NCBI GenBank assembly: GCA_045106895.1 | Contig: JBGCFM010000135.1 | Span: forward strand, 1 to 51,141 | Origin: Polyangiales bacterium | GTDB taxonomy: Bacteria > Myxococcota_A > Polyangia > Polyangiales > Houyiibacteriaceae | Direction: 5' to 3' | Length of the DNA: 51,141 nt | In this document: positions 30,214 to 39,734 of the stretch, in pieces | Layout: each line of letters begins with the position of its first letter | Numbering within the stretch: the stretch's first letter is position 1 | Made by a program: the position numbers and the translations under genes | Notes under the pieces: generated by a model | The model's input: the letters and a program-made list of their open reading frames with translations, nothing else | What the model was told of the DNA's origin: nothing | Databases searched by the model: none

Positions 30214-31953
30214 TTATCGAGGCTGGAGGTGCGGAGTCGTCGAGGATCGCACCCGCGCGCACTCTTCGGGGGTCACGCGTCGTGGCCCTTCCAGTGTTCC
30301 ATCTCGACGATTGGAGTCCATGAGTCGGTGGGGGGTGTCCGGTCCAAAGTTGTCCGGATGAAAGGGATCATTGAGCAGGACATGTCCGACCTCATGGGCG
30401 AGCGTCCATGCTGAACGGGCGTATGCGGCTCCGTGGCGGTCGATAATCACGGCGGAGGAGGCCGGGCCCACATCGGATGGGATGAACGCCTCTCCCTGAC
30501 GACGAGAGCCCGAGAACGCACCGATCGCGAACACATCCACGGTCGTGGGGTCATCGTCTCGCAGCAGCGCCACCAGAGCGCGTTCCTCCAAGGTTCCCCC
30601 GGGTCGATGGTTATCAAAAGCGGCGAGGCCGTCGGCGAGGTGCACTTCGGCGATGTCGAGGGACTGACGAGCGTCGGAGCTCAAGGGCTGCTCCGAATCA
30701 CGGCGCAGGTGGACGAGGAAGCCTTGTTCGTCTCGGACGACAATGTCCGCACTCGGGCCGGCGCCAAACGTCGTCGGCGGGACAGGAAGAACGTCGCTGG
30801 TGAAGTCGTGGGCGCGGAGTTCGTCGGCGATTCGTTGGGCGCTCTGCAGCGGAGTGTCTCCCGCCACGCTTGGTACACGGATGAGCACGTCCCCCGCGCG
30901 GAAGGAGAACGCCCCGCCGCCGCGGGCGGGGAGCCCATCTTCGTCGCTCACCGAGAGGAGAGCAGGTGGGGGCGGCGCCGAGAGTCTCGTCGTGTGTCGC
31001 ACGTGGATGAGGCAAGGCGCCCATGCATCGGCGACGCTCTGCACAAGGCGGCCACCGAGTCGGGTGGCTGCCTCCGGAGTGCCGCCCACCACCGGAGAGC
31101 CGCCCGGCGCGAGAAGAGTCATGGCGAGGTTTAGGTGACGCACGGCCCGGTCTCCAGCTTCGACATCCGGTCTGCCAACGCGCAACGATTGAGTCGCCCC
31201 GAGCACGCTCGCTTCGACTTGATCGCCGACTTGCACATGCAGAAGTTGACGCGCCGCTCCAGGCGCGGACTCTTCAAGGGCATCGCTGACGAGGCGGAGC
31301 CAGGGAGAACGACCGCCTTCCAGTTCGACCCGGCGCACGCTCCGTCGTTCGCCCTCGCCGCGGGAGAGAACATCGAGCCATCGACGTTCTTCCACGGCTG
31401 GGAGACCGCTCACTTGAACGTAGAACGCGCGTCCGTCGTTCGCCTGCGCCGTGAGCGTTCGCGGAAGCGACGCGTCGTTGGGCTGAGCGAAGGTGGGCGC
31501 AAGAGCGTCTGCGGTCGGCGCGAGGGCAGAGCCTGATGCGTCCACGAAGTGGATTCCGACGTGCGTGGTCCTCAGGACTACGCGCTCCGCTTGGTCTAGA
31601 CGAACTTCTCCAACCCCAGAGCCCGTGGCTTGAACGCGGATGTCCGCCGGTAGCTGGATCTCCGCCGGCAGCGACAGAGGGCGCCCGGCCCAAAGCAGGC
31701 GTAATGCACCGTGCGCGGACAAGGTGGCTCGCCCTCGTCCGACTAAGTGCACGCGAACGGCATCTCCCGGCGGAGGAACCTCCTGCGTGGCATCCGCAAT
31801 GCCGTCGTCGTCATCATCATCGCTGTCGATGGCGACGACGAGGTCCTGAATGACACGCTCCCCACGCATGAAAGTGGGCGCGTCTCGCTCCTGCGCGCTG
31901 GCGCCCGCAACAAAGCCCAGCGTGATGAGGCCGAGTAGAGGAGAGGGTCTCAC
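30214..31953 (-). CDS. Secreted hypothetical protein with C-terminal metzincin-like motif
   Basis: Signal peptide ending ASA; DSDDDDDDGIAD; HEVGHVLLNDPFH...RLM; GTGA overlap with gmk. Confidence 0.7.
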   Translation of the reverse strand: MRPSPLLGLITLGFVAGASAQERDAPTFMRGERVIQDLVVAIDSDDDDDDGIADATQEVPPPGDAVRVHLVGRGRATLSAHGALRLLWAGRPLSLPAEIQLPADIRVQATGSGVGEVRLDQAERVVLRTTHVGIHFVDASGSALAPTADALAPTFAQPNDASLPRTLTAQANDGRAFYVQVSGLPAVEERRWLDVLSRGEGERRSVRRVELEGGRSPWLRLVSDALEESAPGAARQLLHVQVGDQVEASVLGATQSLRVGRPDVEAGDRAVRHLNLAMTLLAPGGSPVVGGTPEAATRLGGRLVQSVADAWAPCLIHVRHTTRLSAPPPPALLSVSDEDGLPARGGGAFSFRAGDVLIRVPSVAGDTPLQSAQRIADELRAHDFTSDVLPVPPTTFGAGPSADIVVRDEQGFLVHLRRDSEQPLSSDARQSLDIAEVHLADGLAAFDNHRPGGTLEERALVALLRDDDPTTVDVFAIGAFSGSRRQGEAFIPSDVGPASSAVIIDRHGAAYARSAWTLAHEVGHVLLNDPFHPDNFGPDTPHRLMDSNRRDGTLEGPRRVTPEECARVRSSTTPHLQPR

Positions 31954-32570
31954 TCCGGCCGGAGCAAACGCTCAGCAAGAGGGGCCATACGTTGGCGGCG
32001 ACATGATTCCGCGTGGAGAATCCCCCGCAGCTGGGCGAGCGCTTCTTGAAGCTTGTCGTTCACGACGAGGTAATCGAAGAAGGTGTAGTGCTCGATCTCC
32101 TCCGTCGAGTTGGCGAAGCGTCGCGCGAAGCTCTCCTCCGACTCCGTCCCGCGACTGTCGAGTCGCCGGCGCAGTTCGTCCATGGATGGAGGCAGGATGA
32201 ACACGCCTACGGCGTTCGGGAACTTCGCCTTGATCTGGCGCGCGCCTTGGTAGTCGACGTCGAAGAGCAGCACGCGTGTTCCGGCTTTCGAAGCGCGGTC
32301 GATCTCGCTGATGCTTGTTCCGTAGAGGTTGCCGTGGACCTCCGCCCATTCTGCGAACTGTCCTTCGGAGACGGCTTTGCGAAACGCGTCGTGGTCTGTG
32401 AAGTGGTAGTCCTGACCGTCCACTTCGTTGGAGCGCGGCTGACGCGTCGTGTGGGACACGCTAAAGCGCAACTGCTTGTCGAACTCCGTGAGCAGTCGAT
32501 GGGTCAACGTGGTCTTTCCTGCCCCGGAGGGAGAGGAGAGAATTAGAAGCAACATATCGTCGTGCGCCAC
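31950..32570 (-). CDS. gmk: Guanylate kinase
   Basis: SSPSGAGKTT, SVSHTTRQPRSNEVDGQDYHF, EWAEVHGNLYGT. Confidence 0.98.
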   Translation of the reverse strand: MAHDDMLLLILSSPSGAGKTTLTHRLLTEFDKQLRFSVSHTTRQPRSNEVDGQDYHFTDHDAFRKAVSEGQFAEWAEVHGNLYGTSISEIDRASKAGTRVLLFDVDYQGARQIKAKFPNAVGVFILPPSMDELRRRLDSRGTESEESFARRFANSTEEIEHYTFFDYLVVNDKLQEALAQLRGILHAESCRRQRMAPLAERLLRPE

Positions 32571-32669
32571 GGGGAGTGTCTACCGGGAATCGCCCTCGAT
32601 GCAAAGACACAAGCCCCGGATATGTTCTTCTCACTTCGCTTCTGACTTTATCTCCTGCATCCTTAGCGG

Positions 32670-33554
32670 ATGGAGAGCATGACGGGCTTTGGTGCCGGGT
32701 CCGTGGCCATCGAGGGCGCTGCCGGTCCAATTACGCTGAGCGTTGAGATCCGCTCCGTGAACCACCGCCACATCGACGTCCGAATCAACAGTGACGACGA
32801 GCTGCAGGCGCTGACCGGGGGCGTAGAGGCGTTGATTCGAAAGCGCGGAACGCGGGGGCGCTTCGACGTGAGAATGGTGGCGGATGGCCGGCTCTCGCCA
32901 CCGCCGAAGCTTGATGCACATCGCGCTCGCTCGGCGTACGCCGAACTCTGCGCGCTCCGTGACGAGTTGGCGCCTGGTGACTCTGTACCGCTTTCTTTGC
33001 TCTCAAGTGTGCCGGGGCTCTTTGAGGTGCCGGCGCCGCAAGATTGCGAGGCGCTTCAGGGAGCGCTTCATCGCGCTGCCAACGCCGCGTTCGATGAGCT
33101 TGAGTCCATGCGCAGCGTCGAGGGCGAGGCGTTGGCGAAAGACATCGTGCTTCACCTCGATGCCGTGACTCGAAACTGTGGACAGCTCCAGGCAGACATC
33201 CCGCGGCTGGTCGCGTCGAGTCGTGAGCGTCTTCGTGGACGCTTGCAGGCACTTCTCGACGAGCGTTTCTCCAACGTGGACGAGGTGCGCCTCGAACAAG
33301 AGGTCGCAATACTCGCCGACAAGAGTGATGTGGCAGAGGAGCTCGCTCGTCTCGCATCACACGTGACTCAGTTCCGTAAGATCAGCGCGGGCGCCGGCTT
33401 ACTGGGGCGAAAGCTCGACTTCCTGCTTCAGGAGATGGGCCGTGAAGCCAACACCATTGGCTCCAAGATTCATGACGCCTCCATCACGATTCGAATCGTT
33501 GAACTCAAATCATGCCTCGAGCGCGTGCGCGAGCAGGTACAGAACGTCGCCTGA
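32670..33554 (+). CDS. yicC: YicC/YloC family endoribonuclease
   Basis: SMTGFG, EIRSVNHR, DVAEELARLASH, GRKLDFLLQEMGREANTIGSK, REQVQN. Confidence 0.96.
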   Translation: MESMTGFGAGSVAIEGAAGPITLSVEIRSVNHRHIDVRINSDDELQALTGGVEALIRKRGTRGRFDVRMVADGRLSPPPKLDAHRARSAYAELCALRDELAPGDSVPLSLLSSVPGLFEVPAPQDCEALQGALHRAANAAFDELESMRSVEGEALAKDIVLHLDAVTRNCGQLQADIPRLVASSRERLRGRLQALLDERFSNVDEVRLEQEVAILADKSDVAEELARLASHVTQFRKISAGAGLLGRKLDFLLQEMGREANTIGSKIHDASITIRIVELKSCLERVREQVQNVA

Positions 33555-33557
33555 CGT

Positions 33558-34091
33558 TCAGTCGTCGATGTTCTTGCGACCTTTGATCTGGCCCATCACG
33601 CGCTGGTACTCGATGTCGAAGGACGCGGTGCCTTCTTCGAGGTTCTTGATCTTGGCGCGAACTTCAACGTCGAGCTCGTCTTCCATGCCGGCGTGACTGC
33701 GGAGGACCGTCGTGATCTTCTTTCGCATCACATGGTCTTCGGCGAAGATGTCGTCGACGTTGTTGCTGTGGAAGAGCATCGTCATGACCTGCTCGACCAA
33801 GTAGGGCAGCCGGTCGTCCTGCGTCGGGAAGTTCTTTTCCTTGGCGACGCGAGCCATGGTGCGACCCAGCATCGAGCGGCTTAGGCCGTCACGATCCAGG
33901 ATGTCCCGAGCTTCCTCGCTCACAGCGCGGTCGGTTCGGATGAACTCCTTGAAGACCGCCTCAAGATCGAGCTTCACTTCGTCCGCGCTATGGACCTCGA
34001 TGTCGGCGCTATCGGTGACGGGTTCGACTTTCGTCAGAACTTCGACAATTTGACCCGCGATGAGCGGAACCTGGCCTCTAAAGAGTCGCAT
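33558..34091 (-). CDS. DUF507 family protein
   Basis: MRL start, MLFHSNNVDDIFAED, ELDVEVRAKIKNLEEGT pattern; family recalled, not searched. Confidence 0.7.
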   Translation of the reverse strand: MRLFRGQVPLIAGQIVEVLTKVEPVTDSADIEVHSADEVKLDLEAVFKEFIRTDRAVSEEARDILDRDGLSRSMLGRTMARVAKEKNFPTQDDRLPYLVEQVMTMLFHSNNVDDIFAEDHVMRKKITTVLRSHAGMEDELDVEVRAKIKNLEEGTASFDIEYQRVMGQIKGRKNIDD

Positions 34092-34099
34092 CGAGGCGA

Positions 34100-34128
34100 T
34101 CAGTAGCCGAACGCCCTTGCGGGGTCAA
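34100..34128 (-). promoter_or_regulatory. Candidate sigma70-type promoter, possibly leaderless, for DUF507
   Basis: TTGACC-N17-TACTGA ending 8 bp before the ATG; no clear SD. Confidence 0.35.
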
Positions 34129-34162
34129 TCGAGCTTCGCCAAATCGAACCCCAGGCGGGGGC

Positions 34163-34762
34163 CTACTGGCTTAGGCGCTGCTCCATCCGAGCGATGAGCG
34201 CGTCCCAGCCATCTCGGCTGATGATTCGGTTAAACTGCGCTCGGTAGCCCTCCACGAGACTCTGACCATCGGTGATGACGTCGACGACGCGCCACTGGCG
34301 ACCTTCACGGCGCATCGTGTAGTCGATGGTGACAGGCGGCGCGCGGCGGTTTGCTCGCGAACGCGCGCTCGTTTGAACCAGTACCCGCTCCCCGCGGGCT
34401 TCCGCGTTCACGTAGCTGACGTCAAAGTTGAGCGTGCCTTCAAGGTTGGCCTGGTAGCTCCGCTCCACGAGCTGTCGAAGGAGGCTTACGAAGTGAGCTC
34501 GGGCTTCTTCTGGCTGAGACTCCCAGTGGTCGCCGAGCGCCGCTTGGGAGAGTGCGTCGAAGTCCAAGAGGTTGCCCAAAAGCGCCGTCAGCTGGCGGCT
34601 GCGAGCGGCCCCTTCGGATTGTCCGAGGATCCGGGTGGCGCGCTCATGCTGCGCTTCCAGGTAGGACTGCGCACGAGCGGGCTGAGCCTGCGCCGCGGCG
34701 GAAAACTGGAAGCTGGCCACCACGGCGGTGAGGAGGAGGGCGATTCGTCGTTGGAGAGTCAT
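34163..34762 (-). CDS. mlaC: MlaC/Ttg2D family periplasmic lipid-binding protein
   Basis: Signal peptide AQA; LDFDALSQAALGDHW, IDYTM...WRVVDVITDGQSLVEGYRAQF; start taken at ATG 34762. Confidence 0.88.
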   Translation of the reverse strand: MTLQRRIALLLTAVVASFQFSAAAQAQPARAQSYLEAQHERATRILGQSEGAARSRQLTALLGNLLDFDALSQAALGDHWESQPEEARAHFVSLLRQLVERSYQANLEGTLNFDVSYVNAEARGERVLVQTSARSRANRRAPPVTIDYTMRREGRQWRVVDVITDGQSLVEGYRAQFNRIISRDGWDALIARMEQRLSQ

Positions 34763-34823
34763 GGCGTTGTCCGTTGGACGGCGTACGAGGCTGAGCATTC
34801 AGTCTGCCTTGTTCCGTGCGTCG

Positions 34824-36194
34824 CTAGTCGCAGGTTGGCTCCCAGTCAGCGGGAGCGAGAAGGGGGGCCCCGGTCGCGCGCTCAAGCTCGGCGGCGGCGA
34901 TGTTGAACTCCATCAAAGCTTGAAGGTGCCGTGCGCGCGCTTCGAAATAACCCTTCAAGGCGTCGATGAGGTCGCGTGGCTCGAGGGTGCCCACGTCGTA
35001 GGCTTGAGCGGCACCGACGAACCACGCGCGGGTTTCCCGCTCCCCGCGGCTCCAGGCAGCCTCACGTCGGCGGGCATCGTCGAGCTGGCTCACGGCGAGC
35101 TCCACCTCGAGGTTGAGCCCTGCGCGGGCTTCCTCCGCATCGAGACGTGTCTCCGCGAGGCGTGCCTCAGCGCCGCGAGTTCGAAAGACGTTCCCGGCGA
35201 GGTCGAGGTTCCACCGGAGCAAGATGCCGGCGCCCAAGGCAGGCTGATTGGCGGGGTCGTCGATCCACGGGTTGTTCTGGTCGGCGCGGCCCGGGGTCCA
35301 CGTGATGCCTGCGCGGAATGCGAGAGCCAGATCTGGGGCGTAGCCGCCGCGCTGGATGGCCAAGTCCGCCTCGCGTGCATCGATGGCCGCGTCCAGCATA
35401 CGTAGCTCAGGCCGCGAGCCTCGCGCCCGCTCTCGCATCGCCTCCGTCGTGGCCTCTTCCACCGGCGCTGCAGCCATGGGGCATGGAGGAACTTCGGGTC
35501 TCGCGATGCCCGTGAGGGCACGCAGTGCGGCTTCGCTTGATTCCCGCAGCCGCTGGGTCTCGCTCGCGCGAGCCTCGATCTCGGCCACCGCAGCGCCCAG
35601 GCGTCGGCGGTCCATTGGATTGACACTCGGATCCTCGGCCTCGAGGAGTTCATCGAGCTTGCGGACAGCGCCCTCGAGGTGCCCTCGTCCTTCGCTGAAC
35701 ATTTGCTCGAGGTCCAGGGCGAGCTGCAAGCCATAGTAGGCCCGGCGCACGTTGTATTGAACGCGCGCGAGAGTTCGTTCGCGTTCGTGGGTGGCGACGG
35801 CGACTCCCGCACGGGCTGCTCTCCGAAGGCCTCTGAGTTTCCCGAAAGTGTAGAGTGGGATCGCGCCTTGAACATCCACGCCGAGGGCGGGCCCCCATCC
35901 GTCGAAGGAGAGCTGATCCTGATCGCTGAAGATGGCGGTGCCGTTGGCGTTGGGCGCGATGGTCAGCCCCGCCGTCGCCGTCCAACGGAAGAATGGCGAA
36001 AAGCGCGCTTCTCCTAGACGCGCCTCCGCCGCTGCGAGTGCGAACTCGTCGGCTTGAAGGGCGGGGTAGTTCGCTTCCGCCTCTGCGAGAAACTGAGCGA
36101 GGTTGCGAGCCTCGCTGGATTGCTCCTGTGCCTGGAGCATGCCGCCAAAGCCGAGGGCCGAGAGGAGGGCTAGCGCTATGACTCGAAACCGCAC
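34824..36194 (-). CDS. TolC family outer membrane protein
   Basis: Signal peptide; two OEP repeats (IPLYTFGK, VRRAYY, RPEL, ELERATG). Confidence 0.88.
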   Translation of the reverse strand: MRFRVIALALLSALGFGGMLQAQEQSSEARNLAQFLAEAEANYPALQADEFALAAAEARLGEARFSPFFRWTATAGLTIAPNANGTAIFSDQDQLSFDGWGPALGVDVQGAIPLYTFGKLRGLRRAARAGVAVATHERERTLARVQYNVRRAYYGLQLALDLEQMFSEGRGHLEGAVRKLDELLEAEDPSVNPMDRRRLGAAVAEIEARASETQRLRESSEAALRALTGIARPEVPPCPMAAAPVEEATTEAMRERARGSRPELRMLDAAIDAREADLAIQRGGYAPDLALAFRAGITWTPGRADQNNPWIDDPANQPALGAGILLRWNLDLAGNVFRTRGAEARLAETRLDAEEARAGLNLEVELAVSQLDDARRREAAWSRGERETRAWFVGAAQAYDVGTLEPRDLIDALKGYFEARARHLQALMEFNIAAAELERATGAPLLAPADWEPTCD

Positions 36195-36229
36195 GCTTTG
36201 TCCGTAGCAGCCTCACTGGCGGCGGGCCC

Positions 36230-36264
36230 AAAGAAAAACGGCGTCTCCCGTGAGGGAAACGCCG
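36230..36264 (-). terminator. Intrinsic terminator after skp
   Basis: CGGCGTTTCCC-TCAC-GGGAGACGCCG (11 bp, one G-U) followed by TTTTTCTTT. Confidence 0.85.
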
Positions 36265-36296
36265 AGTTTCGAGCCGGGCCCATGCGGGCGGCGGAG

Positions 36297-36860
36297 CTAG
36301 CGCATCTTGGAGCGACCCATGCCGCCCATGCTGCTTGAGCCGCGGGTGGAGTTGTATCGCTGGATAACCTGGTCGGTGAGGTCCAAGTTGGATGGAACCC
36401 AAACCACGCCGCCTTCGTTGGCCTCAACGATGAGCTCGTAGCCCTCGGTCTGGCCGATTCGGCGGAGAATCTCCTGCATGCGCTCCAGGATGCTCTTCGT
36501 GAGCTGAGCTTCCTTCGTGGCGAGCTCACGCTGGAACTCGACGTAGGTCGACTGCAGTTCGATGAACGCCTTCTGGTAGGCCTCAAGGCGGGCTTCAAGG
36601 GCCTCACGCGACAGAACGTTCTTCTGACGTTCGATGTCTTCCTTCATCTTCTTCAGCTTGCTCTGGGCGGCGTCCAGTTCCTGCTGGCGGCGCTTGAAGA
36701 GGCGCTGAAGGCGGCGCTTCGCTGCACGGCCGTCTTCGGTCTCGTTCATGGCGCGCTGAAGATCGACAACGGCGATCTTGGTCTGGGCGTAGAGGTCGGG
36801 GGTAATGACCGAAACGAGGAGGGCTGCGAGAAGGACAATCGCGTGGCGCTTGATGCTCAT
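36297..36860 (-). CDS. skp: OmpH/Skp periplasmic chaperone
   Basis: Signal peptide, KIAVVDLQRAM, long coiled coil, DLTDQVI; follows bamA. Confidence 0.93.
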   Translation of the reverse strand: MSIKRHAIVLLAALLVSVITPDLYAQTKIAVVDLQRAMNETEDGRAAKRRLQRLFKRRQQELDAAQSKLKKMKEDIERQKNVLSREALEARLEAYQKAFIELQSTYVEFQRELATKEAQLTKSILERMQEILRRIGQTEGYELIVEANEGGVVWVPSNLDLTDQVIQRYNSTRGSSSMGGMGRSKMR

Positions 36861-36887
36861 AAGGTTCTTTCAGAAAAGCAGGAAGCC

Positions 36888-36916
36888 CTAGTAACGGGGC
36901 CTAGAGGCTTCGTCAA
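36888..36916 (-). promoter_or_regulatory. Candidate sigma70-type promoter for skp
   Basis: TTGACG-N17-TACTAG. Confidence 0.35.
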
Positions 36917-37021
36917 CCGCCGAGGCGGCTGTCTATTCAAGTCGAAAATATTCTCGGGTAAGACGGGCTTCGGTGTGGGCGATTCACTCGGATACGTGAT
37001 TTTTGTAAGTCGCCGTTCTCA

Positions 37022-39661
37022 CTAGAAAGATGTGCCGATGGTGAATTCGAAGCGAATCTTCTCCTCATGCTCACGCCGGGCGAGGGGAATGCCCCATTCG
37101 AAGCGCAGAGGGCCGAGGGGAGAAATCCACCGAAGGCCGAATCCAACGGAGGTGCGGATTTGGAAGGGATTGACGTTGCACGGGTTCGTCGTCGGATCGT
37201 TGTCCGAGGTGACCGGGGCCTGACAGAACGTCGCTTCGGTGTTCCAGGTGTTTCCGCCATCCATGAAGGCTACGCCGAAGATGCCAACCTCTTCGAGGAT
37301 TGGAAACTCGACCTCGAGCTGGAAATAACCCTGAAGGTTTCCGCCGAGAGCGATGCCGCCGGGGAAGCCGCCGCCTGCCTGGGGAGGAATGGAGTTCGGG
37401 TCGGTGTTTCGTCCCAGAGACGCACGAGGTCCAATGGACTGGAGCCGGTAGCCGCGGATGTTCTGGATGCCGCCGAGGTAGTAGCGCTCGTAGAGCGGAA
37501 CGCCGCCCGCTTGGCGGGAGGAGATGTAGCCAAGCTGGAGGTTGAAGCGGAAAATCAGGGGCCCAAAAATAGGACGGTAGATTCGGAAGAACGCGTTGTT
37601 CCGCACGAAGAGCTGCTGGCTCCCAAGGAAGCTCTCGGCGACCTCTGTGGAGGCGGATGCGTGAACACCGCCTGTGGTTCGGAACGGGCTGCCCGTTCGC
37701 GAGTCCCAGGTCAGGGAGAGCTGGAGGGAGCTCGTCAGGCCTTCGCGGAAAAGGTTATCGAAAGGCGCGGCCTGGAAAATGTTGAAGCCCTGGCCGCCGG
37801 ATCCGCTCTGGAAGAAGCCACCGGTACGAGCCGAGATGTCGATGTACTCAGCCTGGTACTTGAGGAAGACGCGGAGGCGTGGGTCGAGGACCGGGTGGCC
37901 GAAGGTGATTCCGCCGCCGATGCTGTTTCGGTTGAAGCTCGCGAACTGTCGCTGCTGGTTGAATGCGTCGAGGCCGAGGCTCCAACGTGAACCCAAAAAC
38001 CAAGGTTCGACGAAGCGAAGCTGAAAGAGCCGGCGGATGCCGCTGAGCTGAAGCTGGAAGCTCAGCTGTTGACCATTGCCGAAGAGGTTCTGTTGCTGAA
38101 CCTGGGCCGTGAGAATGAAGCTCTCAATGGACGAGAAACCAGCGCCCACCTGGAAGGTACCCGTGGCGCGCTCGGCGACCTCGACGTTGATGACGATGAG
38201 TCCTGGGCCAGAGCCCGTTTCCTCACTGAAGTCGACGCGTTCAAAGTAGCGAAGCTGCATCAGTCGAGCGCGCGAGAGCTCGATGGCGGTTTGATTGTAG
38301 AGCTCGCCCTCGAGGATTTGCATCTCGCGACGAATGACGGCGTCGCGCGTCTTCGTGTTTCCGCCGATGTTGATGCGCTCGATGCGAACCGGCGGACCAC
38401 GCACGATTTGCGCGTTTACATCAACGATTCGTCGCTCTTGGTCGAGGTTTGTGTCCGGCGCGATCTCGACGCGGGCGTAGCCGGCGTCGCGGTAGACTCG
38501 GCGGATCTCCTCGATGCCGAGGGCGATTTTTGTGCGGCTGAACCAGTCGCCGGATTCGAGATCGATGCTCTCCCGAAGGTCGTCTTCGAGGGCGTCGATG
38601 GTGGCGCCGTTCTCGTCGACTTCCGTGACCTGCATGCGGCCGATACGGAAACGCGGACCCTCCTCGATGGGGATGGTGATGTCGATGTGAGAGCCATCGC
38701 CGGTGAGTTCGATGCGAGGCGTCCCGATGGACACTCCAAGGTAGCCCTTGTCGTAGTACCAGGCCTGGAGACGCGTGACGTCTTCTTCGAAGAACGTGGT
38801 GTTGAAGGTGTCGTCGTCCGAGATGAACGAAAAGAAACCCGTCTCGCTCGTGCGCATGATCTCGTTGAGATCGTCGCTTGGGATGTTGTCGTTGCCGAGG
38901 AAACGCACGCGCCGGACGGTGACTTCGTCGCCTTCTTCAATGGCGAAGCGCACCTCGACCTCGCCTCGGTCGCCCGGAAGCTCGCGGATGTCGTAGTTCA
39001 CGCGGGCGAGAAAGTAGCCTTCCTCCGCGTAGAGGTCGCGAATCTTCGTGACCTGCCGGCGCACATCGACGACGGAGAGGATCGCGCCCTCACGCAGCGT
39101 GACTTTCTCTTCGATGTCGTCGTCGTCGACCTCGTCGTTGCCGCTGAAGATGATGCGGGCGATGGCGGGCCGTTCCACGACCCGGACGACAAGCTCGATC
39201 TCCGCGCCGGAGGGCTCGGCTTCGATGATGATGTCGTCGAAGAACCCAAGGTCCCAGATGGCGCGTGCGTCGCGTGCGATCTCCGTGTCCGTGCACGGGA
39301 GCTCTCGCCGGAGACGCATCGTTGCGCGCACATCGTCGGGGTCCACGCGCCTGGCGCCTTCCACGCGGATTTCGCGAATGCGTCGTCCTTGGCAAATGGT
39401 CCCCACCTGAGGAGCGGTCTCCTGCGGGGTGTAGGTCTCGAGTTCCGGTTCCGGAGGAGGTGGGGGCACGTCGGCCGCCTCAGGTTCGCCGTCGACTTCC
39501 CCTTCGGCTTCCTCGTCGGCCCCGTCCACGTCCTCTTCGGTCGTGTCCGCCTGGGCGTTTTCATCGGGGCTTTGTTCCGGCTCCTGGGCATGCCCGAGAG
39601 TGGAGGCAAAGCCAGCGGCCATCACCAGGGCCCAGATGGGCCAATTACGAAGGAAAGTCAT
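37022..39661 (-). CDS. bamA: Outer membrane protein assembly factor BamA
   Basis: POTRA repeats, GNTKTRDAVIRRE, NLFGNG, IRGY loop, WISPLGPLRFEWG, terminal Phe. Confidence 0.97.
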   Translation of the reverse strand: MTFLRNWPIWALVMAAGFASTLGHAQEPEQSPDENAQADTTEEDVDGADEEAEGEVDGEPEAADVPPPPPEPELETYTPQETAPQVGTICQGRRIREIRVEGARRVDPDDVRATMRLRRELPCTDTEIARDARAIWDLGFFDDIIIEAEPSGAEIELVVRVVERPAIARIIFSGNDEVDDDDIEEKVTLREGAILSVVDVRRQVTKIRDLYAEEGYFLARVNYDIRELPGDRGEVEVRFAIEEGDEVTVRRVRFLGNDNIPSDDLNEIMRTSETGFFSFISDDDTFNTTFFEEDVTRLQAWYYDKGYLGVSIGTPRIELTGDGSHIDITIPIEEGPRFRIGRMQVTEVDENGATIDALEDDLRESIDLESGDWFSRTKIALGIEEIRRVYRDAGYARVEIAPDTNLDQERRIVDVNAQIVRGPPVRIERINIGGNTKTRDAVIRREMQILEGELYNQTAIELSRARLMQLRYFERVDFSEETGSGPGLIVINVEVAERATGTFQVGAGFSSIESFILTAQVQQQNLFGNGQQLSFQLQLSGIRRLFQLRFVEPWFLGSRWSLGLDAFNQQRQFASFNRNSIGGGITFGHPVLDPRLRVFLKYQAEYIDISARTGGFFQSGSGGQGFNIFQAAPFDNLFREGLTSSLQLSLTWDSRTGSPFRTTGGVHASASTEVAESFLGSQQLFVRNNAFFRIYRPIFGPLIFRFNLQLGYISSRQAGGVPLYERYYLGGIQNIRGYRLQSIGPRASLGRNTDPNSIPPQAGGGFPGGIALGGNLQGYFQLEVEFPILEEVGIFGVAFMDGGNTWNTEATFCQAPVTSDNDPTTNPCNVNPFQIRTSVGFGLRWISPLGPLRFEWGIPLARREHEEKIRFEFTIGTSF

Positions 39662-39681
39662 GATTATGCGGGACTCGCGCG

Positions 39682-39710
39682 GCTATAGCCGTGCCCCGTA
39701 AGGGGGTCAA
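39682..39710 (-). promoter_or_regulatory. Candidate sigma70-type promoter for bamA
   Basis: TTGACC-N17-TATAGC ending 20 bp upstream of the ATG. Confidence 0.45.
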
Positions 39711-39734
39711 GGTGGGGGTCGGCGCTGGAACACC

